From a virus (Duplodnaviria; Heunggongvirae; Uroviricota; Caudoviricetes): a stretch of 64,000 bases of DNA. The notes under the pieces were generated by a model. It did no database searches and was not told the DNA's origin. It worked only from the letters and a program-made list of their open reading frames with translations. Positions 27,681 to 36,035 of this stretch are shown piece after piece (the stretch's first letter is position 1; each line of letters begins with the position of its first letter). A program made the position numbers and the translations under genes. The stretch is from the IMG/VR virus record IMGVR_UViG_3300033495_000700. One strand, 5' to 3'.

Positions 27681-28183
27681 AACAGTTCATCCTTGGTATA
27701 TTTAGACCAGTCAGTAAAGTGGTCACGATTTTGTAGTTCATGTATGCTGTGACACCAAACACCCGGGTTGGTGGCAGCAAAGTCCTTGTCGTCTATTTTG
27801 AGTGTGGCATTATAGCCCAACAGTTTGATATACGGCAGCTTGACCGAGATCATTGGAATAAAATTATGATCTTCTGTTAGGCTGGATTCCAACAGGCCTT
27901 CTACACAGTTGACATCAATATCAAGTGTACACAGATACCCTTTTTGCAAAAAGTACAAAATCATATTTTCCCACTGCGACCACTTTATGAAGTCGGTAGT
28001 GTTGATGTTTGGGAAACTTTGATTGGCACCAAAATAGATATGCTCACAGCCTTGTATATTGGCAACAATATCATCCACACTTTGCACACCAACCACAAAC
28101 AAGGTTTTCTTGCCCAATGCTGGAGTGTGTTCTACTTCAGTTCCATAAAAGAACTTGGCGTTCTCATGGCCTTCTCGATTCAT
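27677..28183 (-). CDS. hypothetical protein
   Basis: 168-aa ORF directly downstream of dpdA. Function unknown. Confidence 0.4.
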   Translation of the reverse strand: MNREGHENAKFFYGTEVEHTPALGKKTLFVVGVQSVDDIVANIQGCEHIYFGANQSFPNINTTDFIKWSQWENMILYFLQKGYLCTLDIDVNCVEGLLESSLTEDHNFIPMISVKLPYIKLLGYNATLKIDDKDFAATNPGVWCHSIHELQNRDHFTDWSKYTKDELL

Positions 28184-29742
28184 ATTTGATCCTGTTCAAG
28201 TTGTTGCAATGCATGTGAGTTTAACAGATCTTCGGGATCAGCGTCAACTTGTTCCACATCAAATAATGCCGAAAACTGTGTATTGGCATTCATGGCCTTC
28301 TTGCCTTTGAATCCACGTGTGCCAATGATATCCATCCAATATCTGCTGTATGATTCTATAATGGCTTCGGACTCTGCACGATCCGTGGTGGCAAATATAG
28401 CCTCCACAATATCTGCAAAGTGAGCATGATCACCGTTTTCGTTCCACATCATGTAAGGCCATGATCCAGAATCAAATGTACGATTGGCACGTTGTACAGC
28501 TTCCAGGTGCATCCACACATTATGGCCCATCAACAGTGCATATGAGAATGAATCCCAAGATGTCTTGCCTTCTTTACCAATCTTGTTTAGATCGCCGGGC
28601 TTGTAGATACACACATCCTTCATGGTCAATAATCGACTGATTGGGCTTTCATCAAAGTGATCAACCAATTTATCTGCTAGCACTGCTGTACCGTAAGGTC
28701 GTGTGTCTGTGCTGTATTTTTTATCATCAGCAATAGGGCTCATTCTATAACACCACTTTTCATTGTGCGCTAGATCAATGTGATGATACACTTGACCATT
28801 AGCGGTGGCCAGAAATGGACTTGCACAGTCAAAAGAAATAGTGAAATTGGGATTCACATACTTTCTAATGGCTCGCTGAATCACAGTAAGCAGTACCGCC
28901 CATTCCAGTTTTGATGTACCCAAGAAGTGCATCCAGTCGTGCTTGCCCTGTTGCAATAAATTATCATGCCGCAATGCTACCAAACGTTTGAGAACCAGAT
29001 GCACATCGCACATGTTCTGGCCACCCATACTCCAACCATCAAAATGTGTGGTAGGATACTTTGCAGGATCACAAAAGTCTTTCATTTCCTGATACCATTG
29101 TTCTGCTGAGGTGTGATTGTCACCTTGTAACACGTTCAAGAACCGGGCTCCACCGTTTTCTTTACCTTTGCGATGGGCCATGAAGTATTTGTTGTTGAAC
29201 TTGGTGGCATCCACAGCTTCTTGTAGTGTGGTAATTTGACAGGCTCGTGATGCTTTCTTGTCATGAATAACCCAGGTGGGAATATCCAAGATCATTCCGT
29301 AGTCACTCACACTATCCAACCAGGTCAGCACTGCTGAACGTTTCTTTTGAGCTTTGGCACAGCCTGAATTGGCACGCCAATCACCTTCCCACAAGCCCTT
29401 GGCAATCTGGAATCCTCCAGAGTCTCCTAGCATAAACGTGCCAGGTTCTCGATTGCGAACCATGTCTTCTGACCAGTCTTGCTTGGCAAGATCTAGATTA
29501 GCGTGCCCACCTGAATACAAACTCCAGCGATATGGAAACAATGCTTTTTGGCTGTTGAGCCAATTCATCATTTCCATATCTGTCAGCCCAGCTGGCATAC
29601 GTGCAGGATCCACATATGGCCCATTGCGTTGCTTGCCCACGAACGTGGCATAGAATCCTGAGATGGCCGGAAGGAAAACGGCGTATTGGCTTTGACCATC
29701 TGGACCAGTTTGCTTGGCTGTGAGATTGTCTTGATTGATCAC
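28180..29742 (-). CDS. dpdA: DpdA-like 7-deazaguanine DNA transglycosylase (tRNA-guanine transglycosylase superfamily)
   Basis: LGDSGGFQIAKGLWEGDW contains the TGT catalytic DSGGFQ motif. 520 aa. Sits with folE, queD and queE. Confidence 0.65.
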   Translation of the reverse strand: MINQDNLTAKQTGPDGQSQYAVFLPAISGFYATFVGKQRNGPYVDPARMPAGLTDMEMMNWLNSQKALFPYRWSLYSGGHANLDLAKQDWSEDMVRNREPGTFMLGDSGGFQIAKGLWEGDWRANSGCAKAQKKRSAVLTWLDSVSDYGMILDIPTWVIHDKKASRACQITTLQEAVDATKFNNKYFMAHRKGKENGGARFLNVLQGDNHTSAEQWYQEMKDFCDPAKYPTTHFDGWSMGGQNMCDVHLVLKRLVALRHDNLLQQGKHDWMHFLGTSKLEWAVLLTVIQRAIRKYVNPNFTISFDCASPFLATANGQVYHHIDLAHNEKWCYRMSPIADDKKYSTDTRPYGTAVLADKLVDHFDESPISRLLTMKDVCIYKPGDLNKIGKEGKTSWDSFSYALLMGHNVWMHLEAVQRANRTFDSGSWPYMMWNENGDHAHFADIVEAIFATTDRAESEAIIESYSRYWMDIIGTRGFKGKKAMNANTQFSALFDVEQVDADPEDLLNSHALQQLEQDQI

Positions 29743-30461
29743 TTGGTTTGTGCAGGTAAAATGTAGTTGTAAACTGCCATACCAGAATCCACTGTGATCT
29801 GCATACAGCCGTCATCACTGATCTTCATGGTCTTGTCTCCAACCAGGCCCAAAATACTGATCACTTGTGGAATAGGCCAAGACCAGGTGCGTTTGAGATT
29901 GCCAGTTACATCATGTTGAAACACAAAGTTACCGCTGTGTGTGGAATGATCTCCAAAGAAAAACTTCAGATGCTTGTCTTCAACTTTGACTTGAAAGTTA
30001 GTTTCTTCAGAGTTGGCCTGCCACTGCATTTTCAAACGCTGAATAGCTGCCACTGTGGGTTCAAAGGTGATATGCCAGTTTACACCTTTGAATTTCAAGG
30101 TCTTGAGTTTGTCATTCACAACTTCACTGGCCATGAACCTGTAGTTGTTGCGGAAGTCTCCTGTTTTGTTTTCAAAGTTGATGCCATCTGGTTCGCCAGT
30201 ACTTCTACGTGTGATAGTTAACTTGGCATCTTCACGATACTCTTGCAGGTTAATCAAAGTCTTGATTTTGCCAAGATTGGGCATACCAAACGTGCCAACA
30301 AAATCAGCAACAGGGTTGGCAAATTGTGCTTCCACAATAACTGAATTATCAGCAGCCAGGCCGTTTACTGTTGTGGCTGCATCTGTGCCGGTGACTTTGA
30401 TCAAGTCGATACAGCCAAGATCAAATGTGTGTTGCACTAGGTCTAAGAGATTGTCTTTCAT
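29739..30461 (-). CDS. sliding clamp (T4 gp45-like), tentative
   Basis: 240 aa. N-terminal pattern LLDLVQHTFDLGCIDLIKVTGTD...TVNG...ADF.GTFG resembles gp45 LLKNFATINSGIMLKSGQ...AVNG...YDLNGFLG. It lies next to the polymerase. Confidence 0.45.
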   Translation of the reverse strand: MKDNLLDLVQHTFDLGCIDLIKVTGTDAATTVNGLAADNSVIVEAQFANPVADFVGTFGMPNLGKIKTLINLQEYREDAKLTITRRSTGEPDGINFENKTGDFRNNYRFMASEVVNDKLKTLKFKGVNWHITFEPTVAAIQRLKMQWQANSEETNFQVKVEDKHLKFFFGDHSTHSGNFVFQHDVTGNLKRTWSWPIPQVISILGLVGDKTMKISDDGCMQITVDSGMAVYNYILPAQTK

Positions 30462-30582
30462 TTTTGGGTCCTTTTAAATAATATTCTCAATTGGTCTAAG
30501 TCTAAACCATTATAGTGTTGTATGACAAGAATGTCAACTACTTTTGGTGGAATTTGTTCTGCTGTCACTGAGTTACTCAGTG

Positions 30583-31569
30583 TCATTCAAACGAAAATAA
30601 GCTAGTAAATGTATTTGCTGTGTTTGTACTTGATTGCAAGTCCCAGGACAGCACACCCAATAGATTGTCAATCTTTTGGTCCACCACAGTGGCTTCCATG
30701 TTAGCATCATCAAACGGCAGTTCTTTAAACCAGGCTGGCAAATGATGCTCGTCTGTGGGATACCCAATACTGGTCCACCCTAGAGCATTGCTCTTGAGTT
30801 TGCATACAATGGTTTTCATACCATCCACAATCTGCATGGAGTAATTGTCTGAATTCATGCGTCGCAATGTGTTCCAGTTCAATGCAGCTCGAACATGTCC
30901 GGGCATGTTGGACTTGCCATTTTTTTCTTCTAAATTGCCATACTTGGTCAAGTTGTTCACACGCTTGGGTGAGCCTTTTTCCCAGCCCGGGCGTTCGGTA
31001 AATTTGTATTTGAATTCTCTGATACATTCCACAATTTCTTCTCTCTGTGTTCCTGTTAGTACCTTATTTAGAAGATCGCTAAGGAACTCTTGAATAACCA
31101 CCGGAGTATCACTGCGTTTTAGATCCAGACCCATGGCCTTTACCTTGCCCGGTCGGCCATTTACATCCACACGCTTGTTTTCTTTGTCAATGTACAGCAC
31201 AGCATAACGCTTCTTGGTAATAAACAAACCGGTACGTGCTACAATTTCTCGACCACCACGAATCACAGATCCCATGTCTCGTGGACAATGAAATGCCTGT
31301 TCCATGAATCCAGGAAAAGAATCATTCACTTGTTCGGCTATGGAGTTGTACAATGCAATACAAGTTTCTGCAGACCACTCCATTCTACCATCTTCAACTT
31401 CAGCTTGAACCATGGGCCACGCTGAAAAGTAACACGAATCTGTGTTATGTACTAAAATATCATTTGCAAAGAAGAACGGATCTTGTTTGTCAATGCTTAT
31501 ATCATACACATAGTCGTCAATTTCGCCAAGGCATTCGACGCTCTTTACTGTTGTTCTTTCAATATCCAC
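30583..31569 (-). CDS. 43: DNA polymerase (family B) C-terminal fragment, preceded by the C-terminal split-intein half (IntC)
   Basis: GTG start right after a TAA. Begins VDIERTTVKSVECLGEIDDYVYDISIDKQDPFFFANDILVHN|TDSCYF. The IntC resembles Npu DnaE IntC (VYDIGVERDHNFALKNGFIASN). The extein then supplies the TDS of motif C and the thumb domain. Confidence 0.8.
   Translation of the reverse strand: MDIERTTVKSVECLGEIDDYVYDISIDKQDPFFFANDILVHNTDSCYFSAWPMVQAEVEDGRMEWSAETCIALYNSIAEQVNDSFPGFMEQAFHCPRDMGSVIRGGREIVARTGLFITKKRYAVLYIDKENKRVDVNGRPGKVKAMGLDLKRSDTPVVIQEFLSDLLNKVLTGTQREEIVECIREFKYKFTERPGWEKGSPKRVNNLTKYGNLEEKNGKSNMPGHVRAALNWNTLRRMNSDNYSMQIVDGMKTIVCKLKSNALGWTSIGYPTDEHHLPAWFKELPFDDANMEATVVDQKIDNLLGVLSWDLQSSTNTANTFTSLFSFE
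31444..31569 (-). other. split intein C-terminal half (IntC, 42 aa) ending HN, with +1 Thr
   Basis: ...YVYDISIDKQDPFFFANDILVHN followed by TDS. Confidence 0.75.
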
Positions 31570-31767
31570 TGGATTACTTTCTTAATTATTTCATGCTTAT
31601 TTGCTTTGAACTCGGATTCCAATATTACCAACGTCTTGAATCCAAGGTCCTGAACAGTCTGTAATTTTAGCATATCTCGATGCCTGATTTCAGCCGCAGT
31701 TTTACCTCGCATGATTGCAGAATCCGCATATACTGCTGGGTTAGCATGCCAGTAATCACCGTTAAAT

Positions 31768-32295
31768 TCATGTAGATAGGCAAATTATCAAATCATTTGG
31801 CAGGATATCAACAGGCTTAACTTCAATCAGGAATCCGTCACGATCTACCATTACGCTGTGATCTTCTGTCACTGTAACCGACTTATCATTATGCAATGTT
31901 ATTTTGTACAGTTTCTTTTTAGTTTTATGTCGCATAACATAAGAAATCCTACTCAAAACTGGCGCATCGTCGAACGCATTAAAGCCGACTACTTTAGCAA
32001 ACGACTGAACGCCGTATTCTTTATCACCATTACGTTCGTGTTGCTGGCACTGATTATATAACTCTGCAATTGTGATCTGTTCCGAATCGGTACGAATCAG
32101 TGTATCTCCGGTTACACTGTCGCCATATATGATACTTTTACCACTGTGATCATACTCGCCTGTGATGCATTCATTCACATATGCATCCATGTGCTTGGCA
32201 ATACTGCGACCCACCAAGGTTGTTGACTGTCCAATACGCTTGTCAAAGAATCTGCAGCCGGGATTCAAGATGGCACCATACACATTTATGTTCAG
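31768..32295 (-). CDS. 43: DNA polymerase (family B) middle fragment (motif B to YGD) fused to the N-terminal split-intein half (IntN)
   Basis: (L)NINVYGAILNPGCRFFDKRIGQSTT...IIYGD then SVTGDTLIRTD...TVTEDHSVMVDRDGFLIEVKPVDILPNDLIICLST*. The extein aligns to T4 gp43 INSLYGALGNVWFRYYD...LYGD. The intein carries blocks A and B (TxxH). Confidence 0.8.
   Translation of the reverse strand: MNINVYGAILNPGCRFFDKRIGQSTTLVGRSIAKHMDAYVNECITGEYDHSGKSIIYGDSVTGDTLIRTDSEQITIAELYNQCQQHERNGDKEYGVQSFAKVVGFNAFDDAPVLSRISYVMRHKTKKKLYKITLHNDKSVTVTEDHSVMVDRDGFLIEVKPVDILPNDLIICLST
31771..32118 (-). other. split intein N-terminal half (IntN, ~116 aa, Ser1)
   Basis: It begins immediately after YGD and is followed by a stop and then a 198-nt spacer containing several in-frame stops. 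Confidence 0.7.
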
Positions 32296-33742
32296 CTAAC
32301 TTCGCTAAAGTTAGTTCGTTTAGATTTACTAAACCGCCTTATATTTCTATAAGGATCAGACTATATCACCATCCAATTATTGGATGCCCCCCGTTTCGAT
32401 TCGCTTGAATCTACGTCTTTCGACTAGTCGTTGAACCTTCATATTGCTATGCTTGGCTGCTGATTGTCTTCAACTTAATGGTCAGAGTTTCCAGCAATTA
32501 GAGGAGTTATTCAACTATTGTTACCAATAGAGGTCGCAGTATCTTTACGAATTTAAATTAATTTTCTTAACCAATTGGCGCTTATCCCAAAACACTATCT
32601 GTTTTTTGACTTCTTCTTGATTTTTGTGAAATATTTTATTGTCGGAAATAACAAGATCATTTCTTGCACAAAACTCCTTTAACTCAGCAGCAGTGCCTTT
32701 TTCTAGCAATGTATTGAGATCGTTAATATTCATCTATTCCTCTCTTGTTGAAAATTTGTCGGTTGTGCTCGTTTTGTACTTCTTTAGTCTCGAAAATAAT
32801 CTCCGGGGACCAATTGTCTGATGAAATTCTTACGATTTGAATTCCTTCTTCTAAGCATATCTGATGCTTACTGATATCATTTTTTATCGATGATTCTTTT
32901 CGATGCCAATATTCTCCATCAACTTCTACTAATAATAGCATGTCTGACAAGTAAAAGTCAAATTTTTTCTCCCTAACGGGATATTGAGTGACGTATCTAA
33001 TATTATTTTTGTTTAAAAATTGTTCAAATTGTATTTCTAAACTTGTAGTTTTTTTATTTGGGAATACTAATTTGTTTTCTTTTAAATATTCTTTTCTCCG
33101 AATACTCAAGTTGAGTCGATATTTTTCAAATTCGATCAAGTCATCTTTACGTCTTCTCCACGCCTGTTGTTGATTTAATGTTTTTTGTTGTTTTACATCT
33201 GGCAGTAAGACAAGTTTTTTACCTTTTTTTGCAATAGAAAGATTTCTTTTAGTTTCGTCAGTGTGTGTTACTCCAGGCTTCCCTATTCTGGATTCGTGAT
33301 AACACTTTTGGCATTGCATGCCGTTTAAAAAATTCCCCAAGTTCACTGTATAAGTCCCATGGTGTAAACATTTTACTTGTATTTGATCAGTTCTCGTTAA
33401 CACTTTATTTGGAAGAGCAACAATAGAATAATTGTTAGTTTCTGCTTGATATACTTCTTCTAAAGATATAATATTGTTAGTATTAATATGATTCCTACAT
33501 CTAACGTTATCTACATTGTCTCGAAATCTTTTGGTAATCGTTACTGTTTTGCTACAAATTTCGCACACAGGTATTGGATCACTCCTTAGGTATAGTTGTA
33601 TGGCTCCTGATAAATCAGAAATATTTTCTTTACCTCCGTAGTACTCTATTAATCGTTTAAACTGTCGGGGATACTTTTTCTTAAAATCATTAACAAAATT
33701 CATAATATTTCCTTTATATTATTTATCCTGTTACTTTTCAGA
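32296..33742 (-). mobile_element. 1.45-kb insertion in polB motif B; putative HEG-containing group I intron (a precise split gene is the alternative)
   Basis: Exon 1 ends ...SISQKN and exon 2 begins (L)NINVYG, together recreating the KxxxNSxYG region. The 3' part contains GACTA ... 70 nt ... TAGTC (a P7-like pair), a ccttataGAAAtataagg GNRA hairpin, two further hairpins and a terminal ...ttaG before the exon. A TAG stop sits just inside. Confidence 0.5.
32723..33703 (-). CDS. homing endonuclease with Vsr/DUF559-type (EVDG...H) nuclease domain
   Basis: C-terminal FDFYLSDMLLLVEVDGEYWHRKES...DISKHQICLEEGIQIVRI. The N-terminus is Cys-rich. It starts 40 nt after the stop of polB exon 1 with an AAAGGAAA RBS. 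Confidence 0.65.
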   Translation of the reverse strand: MNFVNDFKKKYPRQFKRLIEYYGGKENISDLSGAIQLYLRSDPIPVCEICSKTVTITKRFRDNVDNVRCRNHINTNNIISLEEVYQAETNNYSIVALPNKVLTRTDQIQVKCLHHGTYTVNLGNFLNGMQCQKCYHESRIGKPGVTHTDETKRNLSIAKKGKKLVLLPDVKQQKTLNQQQAWRRRKDDLIEFEKYRLNLSIRRKEYLKENKLVFPNKKTTSLEIQFEQFLNKNNIRYVTQYPVREKKFDFYLSDMLLLVEVDGEYWHRKESSIKNDISKHQICLEEGIQIVRISSDNWSPEIIFETKEVQNEHNRQIFNKRGIDEY

Positions 33743-35362
33743 TTAATTTTTTTGACTAATGGATAGTCTGTCAGGTATTGTGATACCGCTTGACAAGTCG
33801 TTCCATAGGTTTTTAGTTTTCTGCATGTCTAGACGTTCACTATACCAGCGTTTGAGCAAGCCTGGGATTACACCTTCTTTTTCGTAGGTGAATATGGTAC
33901 CATTGGCACTGAGGATCCATGGTCGATTAGAGTCAAACAGCATCTTCCAAATTTCAGCAGCTGAGTGAACAGTTTCCTCGCCATCCTGCCAGTCTATGGT
34001 GATCTCTGTGCCACGTTGCTGTTCCATCACAGCAGTGTATTCTAAGCTGGCAAACAATCCTTCCCATGCAGCAGCAAAGCTATCTCCGCCAGCTATTTTG
34101 TCTTGGATTAGCCGGTCAGTCAGTGTGGGTCTGAGTTGGCCGACAATGGTTTCTGGACCCATGTTAAGGGCCCGAATAGCACTGGGATAGAGCGAGTTGA
34201 TGTCGATGCTACCAATCCAGTCGTGGATCCCTTTTTTGGGATAAGCAACATAGGCACCTGCGGCTTGCGTGTCATCATCTGTGAGTCTTTCTTTACGGTT
34301 AGGAACTACCATACCACGTTCGTGAGCTTCAATAATAATTGCTTGCTCAGTCACAGCCACTGCACCCATTGTGGTCGGCAACAGCACGGTATTTTCATGT
34401 GCCAGGGTATTGGCCAAGCTCAAGAATTTAAGTTTCTTGTCCAGCTTGCCGATCAACATTGTGTCCTGGCGATTGTAATCAATAAAGATCTTGAAGTTCT
34501 GGTTGTACAACTGATCCAGTGTGCCTTCAAATGCAGTCTTACGACCAATTTCTTCGTATTCACCAATGGCGTCTAAGGCATAGCTGTGACGTTCTTCATA
34601 AGTGTATTTGCGATACAGTTGCATATAGTCCATATGCACTCGACCTACCAAGTCATAGGTTTGATTCTCTGCACCAAATCGTTCAAACATACGTGGCTTG
34701 GGAAACTGATTCCATAAGCACATACGTCTAGTGTCATCTTTGCTGAGAACTCTGGTGATTCGATTCACAGTGTAGGGAATGTCGTAACCTTCCGAGTTCC
34801 ATCCAGTGAGAATGTCTGCATCTTCAATAAGATCCAGAAATGTGTTCAACATGTCTGCTTCTTTTTCAAACATAAAGCAGTTGTCAAACTCTGCTGCAAT
34901 CTCTTTGGCAGTTTCCATGCTCATATGACGTGGAGGTACAGCCAGCGTCACAATTTGATCCAGCCAATCCATGTACACAGAGATAGCAGTGATTGGGTTG
35001 AACGGATCTGTCACAGGTGAGAAACCACGTTTGGGATCAAAGTCTACTTCAATGTCATAGAATGCTGTGTGCAGTTGAGGGCCGTCTTTGCCTTTGTAGT
35101 TTTCCTCTAAACAACGAAAGATAGGGTTAATATCACTTTCGTAGATTTTCTTGCTGGAGTGCATACGCACTTCCTTGCGAAACTCTTTGTTGTTGCGTGA
35201 GGAAAATCTACTCACTGGCGTGTCGTAGATGCTACGAAACTTGCCTTTGGGGTCGTCGTAGTAAAGAACGTAGTTGGCTGGATACTCTTGGTATACCCGT
35301 CGGCCATCTCGGCGTTCAACCACGTGAATTCGATCATGTGCTCGATCATATAAACAGTCCAC
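33743..35362 (-). CDS. 43: DNA polymerase (family B, T4 gp43-like) N-terminal fragment: 3'-5' exonuclease plus palm motif A
   Basis: FYDIEVD (Exo I), GWNSEGYDIPY (Exo II), YNRQDT (Exo III), SIDINSLYPSAI (motif A). Ends ...SISQKN*. Confidence 0.9.
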   Translation of the reverse strand: MDCLYDRAHDRIHVVERRDGRRVYQEYPANYVLYYDDPKGKFRSIYDTPVSRFSSRNNKEFRKEVRMHSSKKIYESDINPIFRCLEENYKGKDGPQLHTAFYDIEVDFDPKRGFSPVTDPFNPITAISVYMDWLDQIVTLAVPPRHMSMETAKEIAAEFDNCFMFEKEADMLNTFLDLIEDADILTGWNSEGYDIPYTVNRITRVLSKDDTRRMCLWNQFPKPRMFERFGAENQTYDLVGRVHMDYMQLYRKYTYEERHSYALDAIGEYEEIGRKTAFEGTLDQLYNQNFKIFIDYNRQDTMLIGKLDKKLKFLSLANTLAHENTVLLPTTMGAVAVTEQAIIIEAHERGMVVPNRKERLTDDDTQAAGAYVAYPKKGIHDWIGSIDINSLYPSAIRALNMGPETIVGQLRPTLTDRLIQDKIAGGDSFAAAWEGLFASLEYTAVMEQQRGTEITIDWQDGEETVHSAAEIWKMLFDSNRPWILSANGTIFTYEKEGVIPGLLKRWYSERLDMQKTKNLWNDLSSGITIPDRLSISQKN

Positions 35363-35419
35363 ATAACTAATGATAATTCTCCTTTTTATTACTTGTTGGG
35401 GTTAAGGTGTCTACTTAAC

Positions 35420-35710
35420 TCAATTAAGTATCATCCTTAGTAGTCCAATCGAATCAATTGATACTAGCAATATATAATTGGCAAGCATCCCAAAGCTGCG
35501 CCTAGTGTAGCTAGCCCAAGCGTACATAATACAGCCAAAGATCCAAATAGGATATAGCACAATAAGAGGAGGGATAGGTACAGTGAGGGCCATAGTGATT
35601 GAACATCCGACACTAATTGCCCAAGCCGCAATTTCCACAATAAAACGAACAGGTGAACTGGTGTAGTCATCGTGTATCCATCTGAAAATATCTTTAAATG
35701 CAGGGATCAA
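35420..35710 (-). CDS. small membrane protein
   Basis: 96 aa with at least two hydrophobic helices. Confidence 0.4.
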   Translation of the reverse strand: MIPAFKDIFRWIHDDYTSSPVRFIVEIAAWAISVGCSITMALTVPIPPLIVLYPIWIFGCIMYAWASYTRRSFGMLANYILLVSIDSIGLLRMILN

Positions 35711-35970
35711 AGAGTTCGACCCACAGTTTCCAAAATAGTTTCCAGCAATTCGTGATCTTGTTTGGCTTTACCAAACTCAGCTTTGTGTGCCAGTTTGATG
35801 GCTTTTTTCAGCACACTGGGTTTGATTTCCAATTCTTCAGCAATGGCCTTGATGGTATCATTGAGTCCGCCAGTGAGTGTTTCGATCTCCTGTGTGACCT
35901 GCATACCTTCCTGAATAATCTGAATCAGTTTGAGTTTTTGATCGCCGTTGAATGTTTTTTGATTGTTCAT
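35707..35970 (-). CDS. hypothetical protein
   Basis: 87-aa ORF with a promoter upstream. Confidence 0.45.
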   Translation of the reverse strand: MNNQKTFNGDQKLKLIQIIQEGMQVTQEIETLTGGLNDTIKAIAEELEIKPSVLKKAIKLAHKAEFGKAKQDHELLETILETVGRTL

Positions 35971-35991
35971 AGAGTTTTCCAGTAAAAATAC

Positions 35992-36020
35992 ATTATAGCA
36001 ACTGTGTTGACTATATGCAA
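35992..36020 (-). promoter_or_regulatory. sigma70-like promoter (TTGCAT N17 TGcTATAAT)
   Basis: Minus-strand reading acTTGCATatagtcaacacagttgcTATAATgta. Confidence 0.55.
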
Positions 36021-36035
36021 GTAGTTTTGGTTAAC

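Noticed and set aside
29739-30461. Alternative calls for the gp45-like ORF (baseplate or other structural protein).
   Set aside because: There is no structural-protein motif. The only resemblance found is the gp45 N-terminal pattern, and the gene lies next to the polymerase. Kept as a tentative clamp at low confidence.
31570-31767. Possibility that the stop between the PolB intein halves is a single sequencing error in a contiguous mini-intein.
   Set aside because: The 198-nt spacer contains several in-frame stops within the first 5 codons (TGA, TAA, TGA). IntC has its own start directly after a TAA. The arrangement mirrors known split inteins. Raw-read confirmation is still needed.
32281-32283. 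GTG that the ORF track calls as the start of polB fragment B (MYGAIL...).
   Set aside because: Starting there would delete the LNIN residues of motif B and there is no RBS. The open frame begins 4 codons earlier, right after a TAG, consistent with an intron 3' splice site rather than an independent start.
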